62,366 bases of DNA from a virus. The notes under the pieces are model-generated. The model saw nothing but the letters and a program-made list of their open reading frames with translations. It made no database searches and was not told the origin of the DNA. Position 1 is the stretch's first letter. Every line of letters starts with the position of its first letter. The translations under genes were made by a program, and so were the position numbers. Location: IMG/VR virus record IMGVR_UViG_3300045988_033415, positions 1 through 62,366 of that record; one strand, given 5' to 3'. Below are positions 43,585 through 52,766 of the stretch, piece by piece.

Positions 43585-43815
43585 GTGAAAATATCAATAC
43601 AGGAAATAGTACAAGAAGCGGCTGACAAGGCATTAGACGATGTCAAAATCAATAATATCCCTTTTCGTGAATGGATTGATAATGTAAATAATGCTTATGA
43701 AAATAAAAAGTGTAATTTAGCTTCATGCCGATACAATGCAGATGGCAAATGCACCAATGACGAGAAGAGAAAAGAATGTATTGAAGTTTCTGAAAAAGTG
43801 TTGTGTATAAAATGA
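43585..43815 (+). CDS. Hypothetical Cys-containing protein (GTG start)
   Basis: ORF track; RBS AGGAG. Confidence 0.6.
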   Translation: MKISIQEIVQEAADKALDDVKINNIPFREWIDNVNNAYENKKCNLASCRYNADGKCTNDEKRKECIEVSEKVLCIK

Positions 43816-43826
43816 AAGGAGATTTT

Positions 43827-44208
43827 ATGAAAAAGAAAATTTTAGTATTAGGAATGATAATCTGCATTGCACTTGGAATGGTTGGTTGTAGAACTGCAGA
43901 TGTCGTAAACCACAATCTGTCAAAAGATGGAGATGAGTTCAATCTCTATCGAAAAATTACAGTTACAAATGCAAGAACAGATACAATTATGTTGCAGGCA
44001 GAGGGATACATGAGCCTTAGCAATAACAGTAGTAATGAACTTGTAGTTACTATCAAAACAGGCGAGAACACATATTATAAAGAATATATATCTTAACGAT
44101 TGGACTTGTTATGTTATGGAGCAAACAGAACCGGTTGGAACAGATAAGTATCATTATGAATTAGTTTTTTACCCTGAAAGATTAATACCAAATATTGATA
44201 TTAAATAA
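43827..44208 (+). pseudogene. Beta-sandwich-type lipoprotein disrupted by a +1 frameshift in the TATATAT run at 44085-44093
   Basis: Signal + lipobox LGMVGC; frame 0 stops at 44094-44096, next frame continues LNDWTCYVMEQTEPVGTDKYHYELVFYPERLIPNIDIK to 44208, matching the family C-terminus (recollection). Confidence 0.6.
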
Positions 44209-44277
44209 ATAATATATTACCGCCGCATAAGAGATTTGCGGTGCTAACCTAAAACAATTATAGGCAGAGGTCTATAA

Positions 44278-44313
44278 GCACCTTTGCTGCGAAAGCGAGG
44301 TGCTTTTTCTTTT
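44278..44313 (+). terminator. Terminator GCACCT-loop-AGGTGC + T5CT4, overlapping the annotated terL start
   Basis: Read directly. Confidence 0.7.
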
Positions 44314-46057
44314 GGCATCTGATTATCTAAAAAAAACAATCCAAGGATATGAAAACTACATAACACAGAGCGGAATTGATGATACGGTCATTGACGCATA
44401 TATAGAAGCGTCAAGAACAGCTTATTTGAACGAAAAGGATATAGAGTATGGCTTGGTACTTTCAAAACGTGCTAAGGAGCTTATAGAGCATTATGTGTTT
44501 AATTTAGCAAAGATGACTATATGGGACTTGGATTATTATCAATTCAAGAACGAAACCACACCGTATTCAATAAGAGATAAATACTTTAGTTTATTGTTAC
44601 TTGAAAGCCATTATCTTTTTGAGAGCTTTATGCTTTACATGGAAAAAAACAGAAGTCCATGGGAAAGATTTTATCTTCCAAGAAGAAATCCATTAAAGCA
44701 GGTAGCAGACCTTATTCAGGACCTATATGATGATAAACTTGACGAGGGTATGGTATTTTGCCCCGGACGTATTGGTAAGACACAAATAGTTAAGATGGGG
44801 AATTTGTGGTTTGGTTCTAACAGACCAGAACGCTCTAATCTTTATTCAGCTTATTCCGACAAGATAACAGGCGGATTTTATGACGGTACATTAGAAATGA
44901 TTACTGACCCAACATATACATACGCCGAAATCTATCCTGATAACACAACAAAAGGCTTGACGGACGGAAAAGACCTTACTATTGACATAAATCGAAAAAA
45001 AACATACCCAACATTCACAATGCGTTCCATATATGGAACGCTAAACGGAGCTTGTGACTGTGATGGGCTTGGAATATATGATGATTTATTCAGCGGTATT
45101 GATGAAGCATTGAGTGAAGACAGGCAAAACACAGTTTGGACTAAATTTGATAATAACTATATGCCTAGAATTAAGCCAGGGAAAGCTAAATTGATGGGAA
45201 TTGGTACAAGATGGGCTCCAAGAGACGTGCAAGGACGAAGATTAGCATTGCTTGAAAACGACACGGAATATGCCACCGTAAGGCATAGGGAAATTATTAT
45301 TCCAGCACTTAACGAAGATGGAGAAAGCAATTTTGATTATCCTTACAAGTTAGGCTATACAACGCAGGACTATAAAAGAAGAATGGCTTCATTTGAAAGC
45401 AATGATGATATGGCTTCATGGTTTGCACAGTATCAACAAGAACCGATTGAACGTAAAGGACAAATGTTTAATGTTGATACTATGAATTTTTTTAAACCAG
45501 AAGAAATTGAAGGAATAAAACCTGACAGAATATTCGCTGCTAATGACCCCGCTTATGGTGGCGGCGATTTTGTATCAATGCCTATTTGCTATGAAATCAG
45601 TGGAGAATATTATGTTCCTGATGTTGTTTACAATGATGGTGATAAGGATATTACAATTCCGGAAGTAACAAGTAGAATAGAACACCACCTAGATAAATTT
45701 CCAAGAAAAACGGCAGAAGTGCATTTTGAAGAAACAAAAACAACATCTGGCTATCGTCTAGAATGTGAAGATATATGGAAAAAAGATGGCTATCCAATAT
45801 TGACAAGTCACGACCCGGCGGACAATCAGACAGCCAAAATGGACAGAATTAAAAATCATGCTCCAGATATCAGAAGATTACATTTCGTAGATATGAAGTA
45901 CCAAACCAAAGAATACAGAAAATATTTTCAAAATATTCTTTCATGCACTTATGAAGGAAAGATGAAGCATGATGATGGAGTAGACTCTACAGCACAGTTA
46001 TGTGACATGATTTACTCGCATAAACGAAAAGCATCTATTATATCAAGTCCTATATAG
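44300..46057 (+). CDS. terL: Terminase large subunit; true start uncertain (GTG 44300 is inside the terminator stem; TTG 44312 follows GAGGTG)
   Basis: Walker A-like FCPGRIGKTQ, Walker B LGIYDDLF, C-terminal nuclease-like acidic residues. Confidence 0.8.
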   Translation: MLFLLASDYLKKTIQGYENYITQSGIDDTVIDAYIEASRTAYLNEKDIEYGLVLSKRAKELIEHYVFNLAKMTIWDLDYYQFKNETTPYSIRDKYFSLLLLESHYLFESFMLYMEKNRSPWERFYLPRRNPLKQVADLIQDLYDDKLDEGMVFCPGRIGKTQIVKMGNLWFGSNRPERSNLYSAYSDKITGGFYDGTLEMITDPTYTYAEIYPDNTTKGLTDGKDLTIDINRKKTYPTFTMRSIYGTLNGACDCDGLGIYDDLFSGIDEALSEDRQNTVWTKFDNNYMPRIKPGKAKLMGIGTRWAPRDVQGRRLALLENDTEYATVRHREIIIPALNEDGESNFDYPYKLGYTTQDYKRRMASFESNDDMASWFAQYQQEPIERKGQMFNVDTMNFFKPEEIEGIKPDRIFAANDPAYGGGDFVSMPICYEISGEYYVPDVVYNDGDKDITIPEVTSRIEHHLDKFPRKTAEVHFEETKTTSGYRLECEDIWKKDGYPILTSHDPADNQTAKMDRIKNHAPDIRRLHFVDMKYQTKEYRKYFQNILSCTYEGKMKHDDGVDSTAQLCDMIYSHKRKASIISSPI

Positions 46058-46067
46058 GAGGTACACC

Positions 46068-46499
46068 ATGACAGACAAGGATTTAACTCAATATCTCGAC
46101 TTAAAAAAAGAAATCGAGGAAATCGAAAGCAAAATTGCAAAGCTTGAAAGTGATATCCTGAGGATTGAAGATGGTGAATGTGTTGTTGATAGTGTCACAG
46201 GAGGTAACGGTGGTAAGCAACACTTCAAAATTGAAGGCATACCGTTTCCTGAATATCGCCATAAAAGAACACTTCTTTACTCACGCAAAGCTACGCTTGA
46301 ACTATTAAAGGAAGATTTGCTTGAACGGACAAATGAGGTTGAGAAATTTATTGCAAGCGTATCGGATAGTCGCATTAGAAGAATAATTAACCTTAGATTT
46401 CTTGAAGATATGTCGTGGAACCAAGTTGCAGACCGTATTGGTGGCGGTAACACAGAAGACAGCGTGAGAAAAGCTTATAAAAGATATGTCGAAAAATAA
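46068..46499 (+). CDS. Sigma-70 region-4-like HTH regulator with N-terminal coiled coil
   Basis: SRIRRIINLRFLEDMSWNQVADRIGGGNTEDSVRKAYKRYVEK. Confidence 0.55.
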   Translation: MTDKDLTQYLDLKKEIEEIESKIAKLESDILRIEDGECVVDSVTGGNGGKQHFKIEGIPFPEYRHKRTLLYSRKATLELLKEDLLERTNEVEKFIASVSDSRIRRIINLRFLEDMSWNQVADRIGGGNTEDSVRKAYKRYVEK

Positions 46500-46639
46500 A
46501 AGTTGTCCGATATGTCCGCTTTTTCTGCGATATTATTATACTTGAAAGAAATAACAAAGTTTCTTGATAGCTTAATATCTCCTTGAAAGAAGCACTGTTG
46601 CATTTTGCAATGGTGCTTTTTGCGTGAAATGAGGGTTTT

Positions 46640-46849
46640 ATGAAGAAAAAGACAAAATCAAATAAATACACAATATACTGTCCGCAATGCCACCGCAGAG
46701 TTGCGGAGTGGGACGGAAAGTATTCAAGCAATGTAATTGTCGGATGCCGTAAGTGTCACAAAAAGATTGTATACCATACAGACACAGGCATTACGGATAT
46801 TAAGCCGTGGGAGCCAAGGCGAACAGCAAGCGGCATGACATATCTTTAG
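46640..46849 (+). CDS. Cys-rich KTR-like/Com-like zinc-ribbon protein
   Basis: YCPQCHRRV-x17-GCRKCHKKIVY, then ITDIKPWEPRRTASG tail resembling KTR family ends (recollection). Confidence 0.5.
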   Translation: MKKKTKSNKYTIYCPQCHRRVAEWDGKYSSNVIVGCRKCHKKIVYHTDTGITDIKPWEPRRTASGMTYL

Positions 46850-46860
46850 GAGAAGTTAAA

Positions 46861-48420
46861 ATGCAGAGAGGACGCAATATCTTATTTACAGAGGAACCGG
46901 AAATTACATACGAGAATGTATTAGATGTATTGCGTAATGTTTTTCCGGCTCACATACAAAACGCAACTCAAATACAATTCTTACTTGATTATGACAACGG
47001 ACAGCAACCGATAATTCGTAAAACTGCTAAGACATATAGACCGGATATTGATTGTGAATGTTCAGATAATGTGGCTCATCAAGTTTCGGATTTTTGGACT
47101 TCTTATGCATGGGGAAATCCGATAAGTTTAGTCCAGAACGGCGATAGCGTTAATAACATTATTGCCGAAGGAATAACAGAACTTAACAAGCAATATGAGC
47201 TTGCTAAAATCAAGTCCAAGACACAAGAAATAGGAAGATTTGTTGAGATAGGCGCTACATGTAATGTGCTAATTGATGTAAACACCGAATGGAAACCGGG
47301 AAAATGTTATTTTAGCCTTGATGTATTAGACCCAAGAACATCGTGCATTATTCGTTCAAGCTATTATTCAGACAAACGACCGATGATGGGAGTTACATAC
47401 AGACACAGTAATACAACTGGTAATACATATTTTACTTGTATTACTAAAGATTACAGATTTGAAATTATCAATCTTCAAGAAATTTCCAACGGAGATTATA
47501 CAAAAAAAGAGGCGTGGCAGCATCAACAGCGCAGCGGCGAAGTAAATCCGTTAGGCGTTGTGCCGATTGTTGAATATTTTCGTTCGTATGACCGCATGGG
47601 CGTGTGGGAACACCAGTTGTCCGAAATGGATAACCTTAATTTGTTGATTTCCGACTTCACAAACGATGTCGAACAAAACACGCAAGCTGTATGGCACACT
47701 AACGATGTGGAATTTCCAACTATTTTCAACAAAAGCGAAGATGGAACAGCAACAGAAGAAGTTAGGAAACCTAAATCAGGTGAATGGTTACAGACCTATA
47801 CATCGCAAAATGGCAAAACACCAATGGTCGAACCACTTACTATCAATTACGATTACACAGGTATGCTTAATAATATTCAGTACCGCAGGGACAAAATATT
47901 AGAAAAATGCAATGTTCCATTAACCAACAGCAATGCCTCTAATATGACAGGTGTTGCATCCAACAACGCTTCCGGTTGGGACCATGCTGAGGCAGCTGCA
48001 TCTAAACAGCAAATGATAACCGAAAGTTGCAAGATAGACGAGCTAGAGGTTGTGCTTGCCGCTTTGCAAAATAGTTCATTTTTGCCTGTGGACAGTCCAT
48101 TACGACAACTAAACCTTGGCGACATTGAGGTAAATATCAAGCGTCAGAAATTATATGAGTTGTCAACAAAAGCTAACAGCATTGCCACGCTTATCAATAT
48201 TGGTCTTAACGGCGGCAAGGTGCTTAATGCTATCCCGATATTTGATGACCCTAATGAAGTATGGGAAGCAAGTAAAGACACAGTCTGTAAGATACAGGAA
48301 AGCAAGATTACGTCTGGCAATAGCAATACTGTATCGCCAAACAGTGGTAGAACAATGCAGGACTTGTCAGACCAAATTAGCAACAGTCCACTAATTGATA
48401 AAAACAGGACAACCAAATAA
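46861..48420 (+). CDS. Portal protein
   Basis: Size, position after terL; RBS AGGAGAAG before ATG 46861. Confidence 0.75.
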   Translation: MQRGRNILFTEEPEITYENVLDVLRNVFPAHIQNATQIQFLLDYDNGQQPIIRKTAKTYRPDIDCECSDNVAHQVSDFWTSYAWGNPISLVQNGDSVNNIIAEGITELNKQYELAKIKSKTQEIGRFVEIGATCNVLIDVNTEWKPGKCYFSLDVLDPRTSCIIRSSYYSDKRPMMGVTYRHSNTTGNTYFTCITKDYRFEIINLQEISNGDYTKKEAWQHQQRSGEVNPLGVVPIVEYFRSYDRMGVWEHQLSEMDNLNLLISDFTNDVEQNTQAVWHTNDVEFPTIFNKSEDGTATEEVRKPKSGEWLQTYTSQNGKTPMVEPLTINYDYTGMLNNIQYRRDKILEKCNVPLTNSNASNMTGVASNNASGWDHAEAAASKQQMITESCKIDELEVVLAALQNSSFLPVDSPLRQLNLGDIEVNIKRQKLYELSTKANSIATLINIGLNGGKVLNAIPIFDDPNEVWEASKDTVCKIQESKITSGNSNTVSPNSGRTMQDLSDQISNSPLIDKNRTTK

Positions 48421-48431
48421 TTATTGTTATC

Positions 48432-48462
48432 AAGCCATTAGGAACTGTTCTAATGGCTTTTT
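48432..48462 (+). terminator. Terminator AAGCCATTAG-loop-CTAATGGCTT + T-run
   Basis: 10-bp perfect stem read directly. Confidence 0.8.
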
Positions 48463-48537
48463 ATATTGCACAGAGAAGTGGGTAAAACACAAGCGGCAGA
48501 GAAGCCAATAAAACACAGAAAGAACGAGGTACATATC

Positions 48538-49116
48538 ATGGAAACAGAAGTAACTAATTCAACCAATGCAACAGAGACAAACGCAGTAGAAACAGCTCCT
48601 CAGTCTGATAGCGATAACAAGCCGACAGTTGAAGAACTTTTGGCGCAGTTAGCAGCGGAAAGAGCAGCCAACGCCAAGAACAAGCAGGCACTTGACAAGG
48701 CACTCAAGGAAAAAGGAGATGTAACCAAGGCATTGAGAGCCAAGCAGACGGCAGAAGAGCAGGAAGCAGAAGCTAAGGCGGAAGCAGAACGTATTCAGAA
48801 TGAGAAGTACGAGGCGACGGTTAAAGAACTTAATCACATTAAGGCGGTTGCGGCGTATAGAAATTTTTCGTCCGAAAATGCGATTGAAAGCATGATTGAG
48901 GCGGTTGCGGATGGAGACCACGGTGCTATTGCAGCATTGATTGACAATGAGGTTAAGGCAGCTACCACAGCGGCTAAAGCTGAATGGATGAAGTCAAGAC
49001 CAAGAATGAATGTCGGCGGTGAATATTCAGGCATGACAAAGGAACAAATAATGGCAATCCCGGACAGAGCAGAGCGTAGAAGAGCTATTGCGATGAATCC
49101 GAGCTTATTTAATTAG
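48538..49116 (+). CDS. Scaffolding protein
   Basis: Ala/Glu/Lys-rich coiled coil between portal and capsid genes; RBS GAGGT before ATG 48538. Confidence 0.7.
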   Translation: METEVTNSTNATETNAVETAPQSDSDNKPTVEELLAQLAAERAANAKNKQALDKALKEKGDVTKALRAKQTAEEQEAEAKAEAERIQNEKYEATVKELNHIKAVAAYRNFSSENAIESMIEAVADGDHGAIAALIDNEVKAATTAAKAEWMKSRPRMNVGGEYSGMTKEQIMAIPDRAERRRAIAMNPSLFN

Positions 49117-49130
49117 GAGGACAGATAAAT

Positions 49131-49994
49131 ATGGCAGCAGAAACAGGATTAATCAAGAAGGAAGACCTTGCAAGAGCAAGGGAAGTTGAGTTTGTCGAAA
49201 TGTTCGGCTACTCAATTAAGAAGTTAATGGAAGCACTTGGCGTGACCCGCAAAATTCCCAAGGTAGCAGGAACGGTGTTAAAGACCTACAAGGCGAGTGG
49301 AACACTCGAAGACGGCAAGGTTGGAGAGGGCGAATTAATTCCGCTTTCTCATTATACAGTAGAGGCTGTATCTTACAAGGAAATTGAGCTCAAGAAGTGG
49401 AGAAAAGCAACGTCGGCAGAGGCGATTATTGAGAAGGGATATGACCAGGCGGTTGAAATGACTACGGACGCACTGCTCAGGGATGTCCAGAAGGGTATTC
49501 GTAAGGATTTCTTCACTTTTCTTGCAACAGGAACAGGAACAGCAAGCGGAGCGACATTCCAGAAAGCTATTGCTCAGGCGTGGGGGCAGTTACAGGTCAA
49601 GTTCGAGGATGACGAGATAGAGGCGGTTTATTTCATGAATCCGCTTGATGCGGCTGACTATCTTGGTGATGCAACTATTATCACCCAGAACGCTTTCGGT
49701 ATGAGCTACGTTGAAAACTTCCTCGGACTTGGAACTGTTATTTTCAACAGCTCTGTAACCAAGGGGAAGATATACGCGACCGCTAAGCAGAACCTTGTAC
49801 TTTACTATATCCCGGTAAATGGTGCAGACCTTAGTGAAGCATTTACGTTTACATCGGATGCAACCGGGCTTATTGGTATCCATGAAGCTCCTGACTATCC
49901 ACACATGACAGCGGAGGATGTTGTTGCGTCGGGTCTTACTCTTTTTGCCGAGAGAATAGACGGCGTTATTATTTCGTCTATTGTTGGAGCTTAG
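49131..49994 (+). CDS. Major capsid protein
   Basis: Position after scaffold, size 287 aa, strong RBS AGGAGGA. Confidence 0.7.
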   Translation: MAAETGLIKKEDLARAREVEFVEMFGYSIKKLMEALGVTRKIPKVAGTVLKTYKASGTLEDGKVGEGELIPLSHYTVEAVSYKEIELKKWRKATSAEAIIEKGYDQAVEMTTDALLRDVQKGIRKDFFTFLATGTGTASGATFQKAIAQAWGQLQVKFEDDEIEAVYFMNPLDAADYLGDATIITQNAFGMSYVENFLGLGTVIFNSSVTKGKIYATAKQNLVLYYIPVNGADLSEAFTFTSDATGLIGIHEAPDYPHMTAEDVVASGLTLFAERIDGVIISSIVGA

Positions 49995-50001
49995 GCAGTA
50001 G

Positions 50002-50322
50002 ATGTATCAGGTAACAGAATTATTCGCGGATTTACAGGATAATTCGCACGTCTATATTCCGGGGGATATATTTCCCCGGAAAGGCGTTGAAGTCTCTGAC
50101 AAGAGATTAGAAGAGCTGTCAACCTGTAACAATCTGCGTGGAATACCACTTATTAAGGTGGTTGGAAATGAAAGAAAAAGTAGTAGCTACACCAAGACCG
50201 ACATTAACCGCATGAGTACGGCAGATTTACAGACGCTTGCCAAGGAACAGGGCATTGGCGGTGCCGAACTGTTAAGCGGTGCAGAACTCAAAAAGCTGTT
50301 AATTGAGAGGTTCAATTTATAG
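50002..50322 (+). CDS. Head-associated protein with C-terminal Rho-N/SAP-like motif
   Basis: LSGAELKKLLIERF C-terminus. Confidence 0.5.
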   Translation: MYQVTELFADLQDNSHVYIPGDIFPRKGVEVSDKRLEELSTCNNLRGIPLIKVVGNERKSSSYTKTDINRMSTADLQTLAKEQGIGGAELLSGAELKKLLIERFNL

Positions 50323-50332
50323 GAGGTTAGTC

Positions 50333-50710
50333 ATGTACACAACATTAGAGCAGGTCAAAATCAGACTTCACCAATACCATATTGATACAGTCAAGAATGA
50401 TGATAGCGACACCACGACTAATGTTGTGGTATTTGATAACATTGAGGACAATCCTTTAATTGAACAGCTTATTGAGCAGTCAAGGCAGGAAATAATCAGC
50501 CTAAGAAATTATCCGAGTAGTTATACACAAGAGCAAATTGACAATGACATGACTAAATATGAAAACGTCATTGTTAATCTCACCGTGTATGACCATTCGC
50601 AAGCTGGTGAGAACTACATGGCGAGTATGAACGAGGGCGGTGTAAACCGCACTTGGAAAAACCGCAATGATTTACTTGCCGGGGTATTTCCACTGGTCAA
50701 AGTATTTTAA
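50333..50710 (+). CDS. Head-tail connector (gp6-like) protein
   Basis: Position; RBS AGGAGG before ATG 50333. Confidence 0.5.
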   Translation: MYTTLEQVKIRLHQYHIDTVKNDDSDTTTNVVVFDNIEDNPLIEQLIEQSRQEIISLRNYPSSYTQEQIDNDMTKYENVIVNLTVYDHSQAGENYMASMNEGGVNRTWKNRNDLLAGVFPLVKVF

Positions 50711-50843
50711 CAGAGCCTAAAGGGCATTAAATAATAAGAAGATTGTGCGTTATCATGTTGCTGATGTCGGCAATATGATAGCAGGCGGTACACATTAAGG
50801 GTGGTGGGCGGTGTGCCAAAATTATACGAAAGGCGGTATATCA

Positions 50844-51167
50844 ATGCCAACAGCAGTAATTATAAGCATCGTATCAGTTGCTTTTTCCGTCTTTTTCGGA
50901 CTGTTTACCTTAGGACTTAATCTTAAGAACAACAAAAAGTCTGACAATGCAGAACTTACGGAGCGTGTAAAGGAAAATACACGCATAAATATGAAACTTG
51001 ACACAATATCAGGCAACACAACAGAGATAAAAAATGAAGTTATAGAAATGAGAAAAGAGCTTAATTCTCATGATAACCGAATTGTCAAGGTTGAGGAGAG
51101 CGTCAAGTCGGCTCATCACAGAATAGATGGGCTTGAAACAAGGATTAACAGTGATAAGGAGGACTAA
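50844..51167 (+). CDS. XhlA-like membrane-anchored coiled-coil lysis-associated protein
   Basis: N-terminal TM then heptad coil ...IKNEVIEMRKELNSHDNRIVKVEESVKSAHHRIDGLE; directly upstream of holin. Confidence 0.5.
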   Translation: MPTAVIISIVSVAFSVFFGLFTLGLNLKNNKKSDNAELTERVKENTRINMKLDTISGNTTEIKNEVIEMRKELNSHDNRIVKVEESVKSAHHRIDGLETRINSDKED

Positions 51168-51170
51168 GAC

Positions 51171-51440
51171 ATGGATTTCACACAGGTATCAACAGTAGTT
51201 GCAATCGTTGTAATTACATATCTGATAGGCTTAGGAGCCAAGGTAATTCCGCAGATTAAGGATAATTTCATTCCTATAATTGTCGGCATTGCAGGTGGCA
51301 TCTTAGGCGTTGTCGGAATGTATGTAATACCTGATTTCCCAGCAACAGATGTTCTCAATGCAATAGCAGTAGGTATTGTGTCGGGACTGTCCAGCACTGG
51401 TGTAAATCAAATTTACAAGCAGGTAAAGAAAAATGCTTGA
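51171..51440 (+). CDS. Holin (putative, 2-3 TM)
   Basis: VVAIVVITYLIGLGAKVIP...IPIIVGIAGGILGVVGMYVIP...AIAVGIVSGL, charged C-terminus KQVKKNA. Confidence 0.6.
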   Translation: MDFTQVSTVVAIVVITYLIGLGAKVIPQIKDNFIPIIVGIAGGILGVVGMYVIPDFPATDVLNAIAVGIVSGLSSTGVNQIYKQVKKNA

Positions 51441-51897
51441 AATTAACAAGCAAAACATGAAGTGTTCACGGCAAGGACAGCGTGTAACCATCTATGAGAC
51501 TGACGATGACGGCAATATCATATATGAGGGCTATACCGACAGTGAGGGCAACTTTACACCGTACCTTGACAGCGAGGGTAATAAGATACCTCGTATCAAA
51601 GATGAATATGTCGGTTATTCCTTGCCGGTTGACTTCCGGGCAAACATATCATTTAGTGGTGGTGAAGCACAGGCGCAGGAGTACGGCTTCGATGTAGCTG
51701 ATTTTGACGCAGTTATGATTACAGACCGCAACAAGTTTCCATTTGGCAAAGGCGACATTATATGGCTTGACAGCGAGGTTGGCTATAAGGACGAGGATAA
51801 GGCACATGTTGATGAGCTTACATCGGATTTCATTATTGTGGGTGTTAAGCCGTCACTTACATCTACCAAGTATGTATTAAAGGCGAGGACGAAATAG
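51433..51897 (+). CDS. Head-tail joining protein (putative)
   Basis: Position only. Confidence 0.4.
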   Translation: MLEINKQNMKCSRQGQRVTIYETDDDGNIIYEGYTDSEGNFTPYLDSEGNKIPRIKDEYVGYSLPVDFRANISFSGGEAQAQEYGFDVADFDAVMITDRNKFPFGKGDIIWLDSEVGYKDEDKAHVDELTSDFIIVGVKPSLTSTKYVLKARTK

Positions 51898-51898
51898 T

Positions 51899-52228
51899 AT
51901 GGAAAAGAAATCAATTATTGTTCTTGGTACAGAGTATGTTATCGAGCCGAGAGAACTTAATGACGATGATATTGATGGTTTTACCGATTACACGTCAAAG
52001 CTAATAGTAATCCGTTCAGATAATTACAATAAAGTTGGTGATTTTGAAGCGTTGCAGAAAAAGCAGCTAAGGCATGAAATTATACATGCGTTTTTGTCTG
52101 AAAGCGGATTGCAAAGCAACTGGCAACATGCAGAAATGATGGGACATGAAGAAACAACGGTTGATTGGTTTGCTATCCAGTTTCCTAAAATACTCAAAGT
52201 CTTTAAAGCTCTTGGAATAGAGGAGTAA
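51899..52228 (+). CDS. Small HExxH metallopeptidase-like protein (paralog of 34277..34597)
   Basis: QLRHEIIHAF motif. Confidence 0.55.
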   Translation: MEKKSIIVLGTEYVIEPRELNDDDIDGFTDYTSKLIVIRSDNYNKVGDFEALQKKQLRHEIIHAFLSESGLQSNWQHAEMMGHEETTVDWFAIQFPKILKVFKALGIEE

Positions 52229-52235
52229 GTGTTTT

Positions 52236-52766
52236 ATGGCAAAAAAGACGATTAAATTAAATTATTTTTCGCAAATCTCTGTTCAAAACGCAATAAAAGC
52301 CTTGCAGAGCTATCAAGACAGCTTGACGTATAAATGCCAGCTTCTTGCGGAAAAGCTTGCGGAAAAGGGCGTAGAAATCGCAAGAGTGCAGATTGCTGAC
52401 CTTGACGCAATATTCACTTCGGAATTGCTTCAAAGCGTTCATTCCGAATACAAGGGCAGTATAAAAGGCGGTGGTGTGTGGGCTGTTGTGGCGGACAGTT
52501 CACATGCGTTGTACGTTGAGCTGGGCACAGGAATTATCGGCAAGGCAAATCCATATAAAGGAACATTGCCTGAAGGTGTTGATTGGCAGTATGCAAGCGG
52601 TAAAACCATTCGGCAGCTTGCTGATGGTCGCTATGGTTGGTTTTACCAAGGTAAAGATGGCAACTGGTATTTCACTGAGGGTATGCCGTCAAGGCCGTTC
52701 ATGTACAACACCGCAAATGAGCTGAGGTCAATTATTGTGAGTACTGCGAAGGAGGTATTTGGCTGA
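52236..52766 (+). CDS. HK97 gp10-like tail completion protein
   Basis: ALYVELGTGIIG block. Confidence 0.55.
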   Translation: MAKKTIKLNYFSQISVQNAIKALQSYQDSLTYKCQLLAEKLAEKGVEIARVQIADLDAIFTSELLQSVHSEYKGSIKGGGVWAVVADSSHALYVELGTGIIGKANPYKGTLPEGVDWQYASGKTIRQLADGRYGWFYQGKDGNWYFTEGMPSRPFMYNTANELRSIIVSTAKEVFG

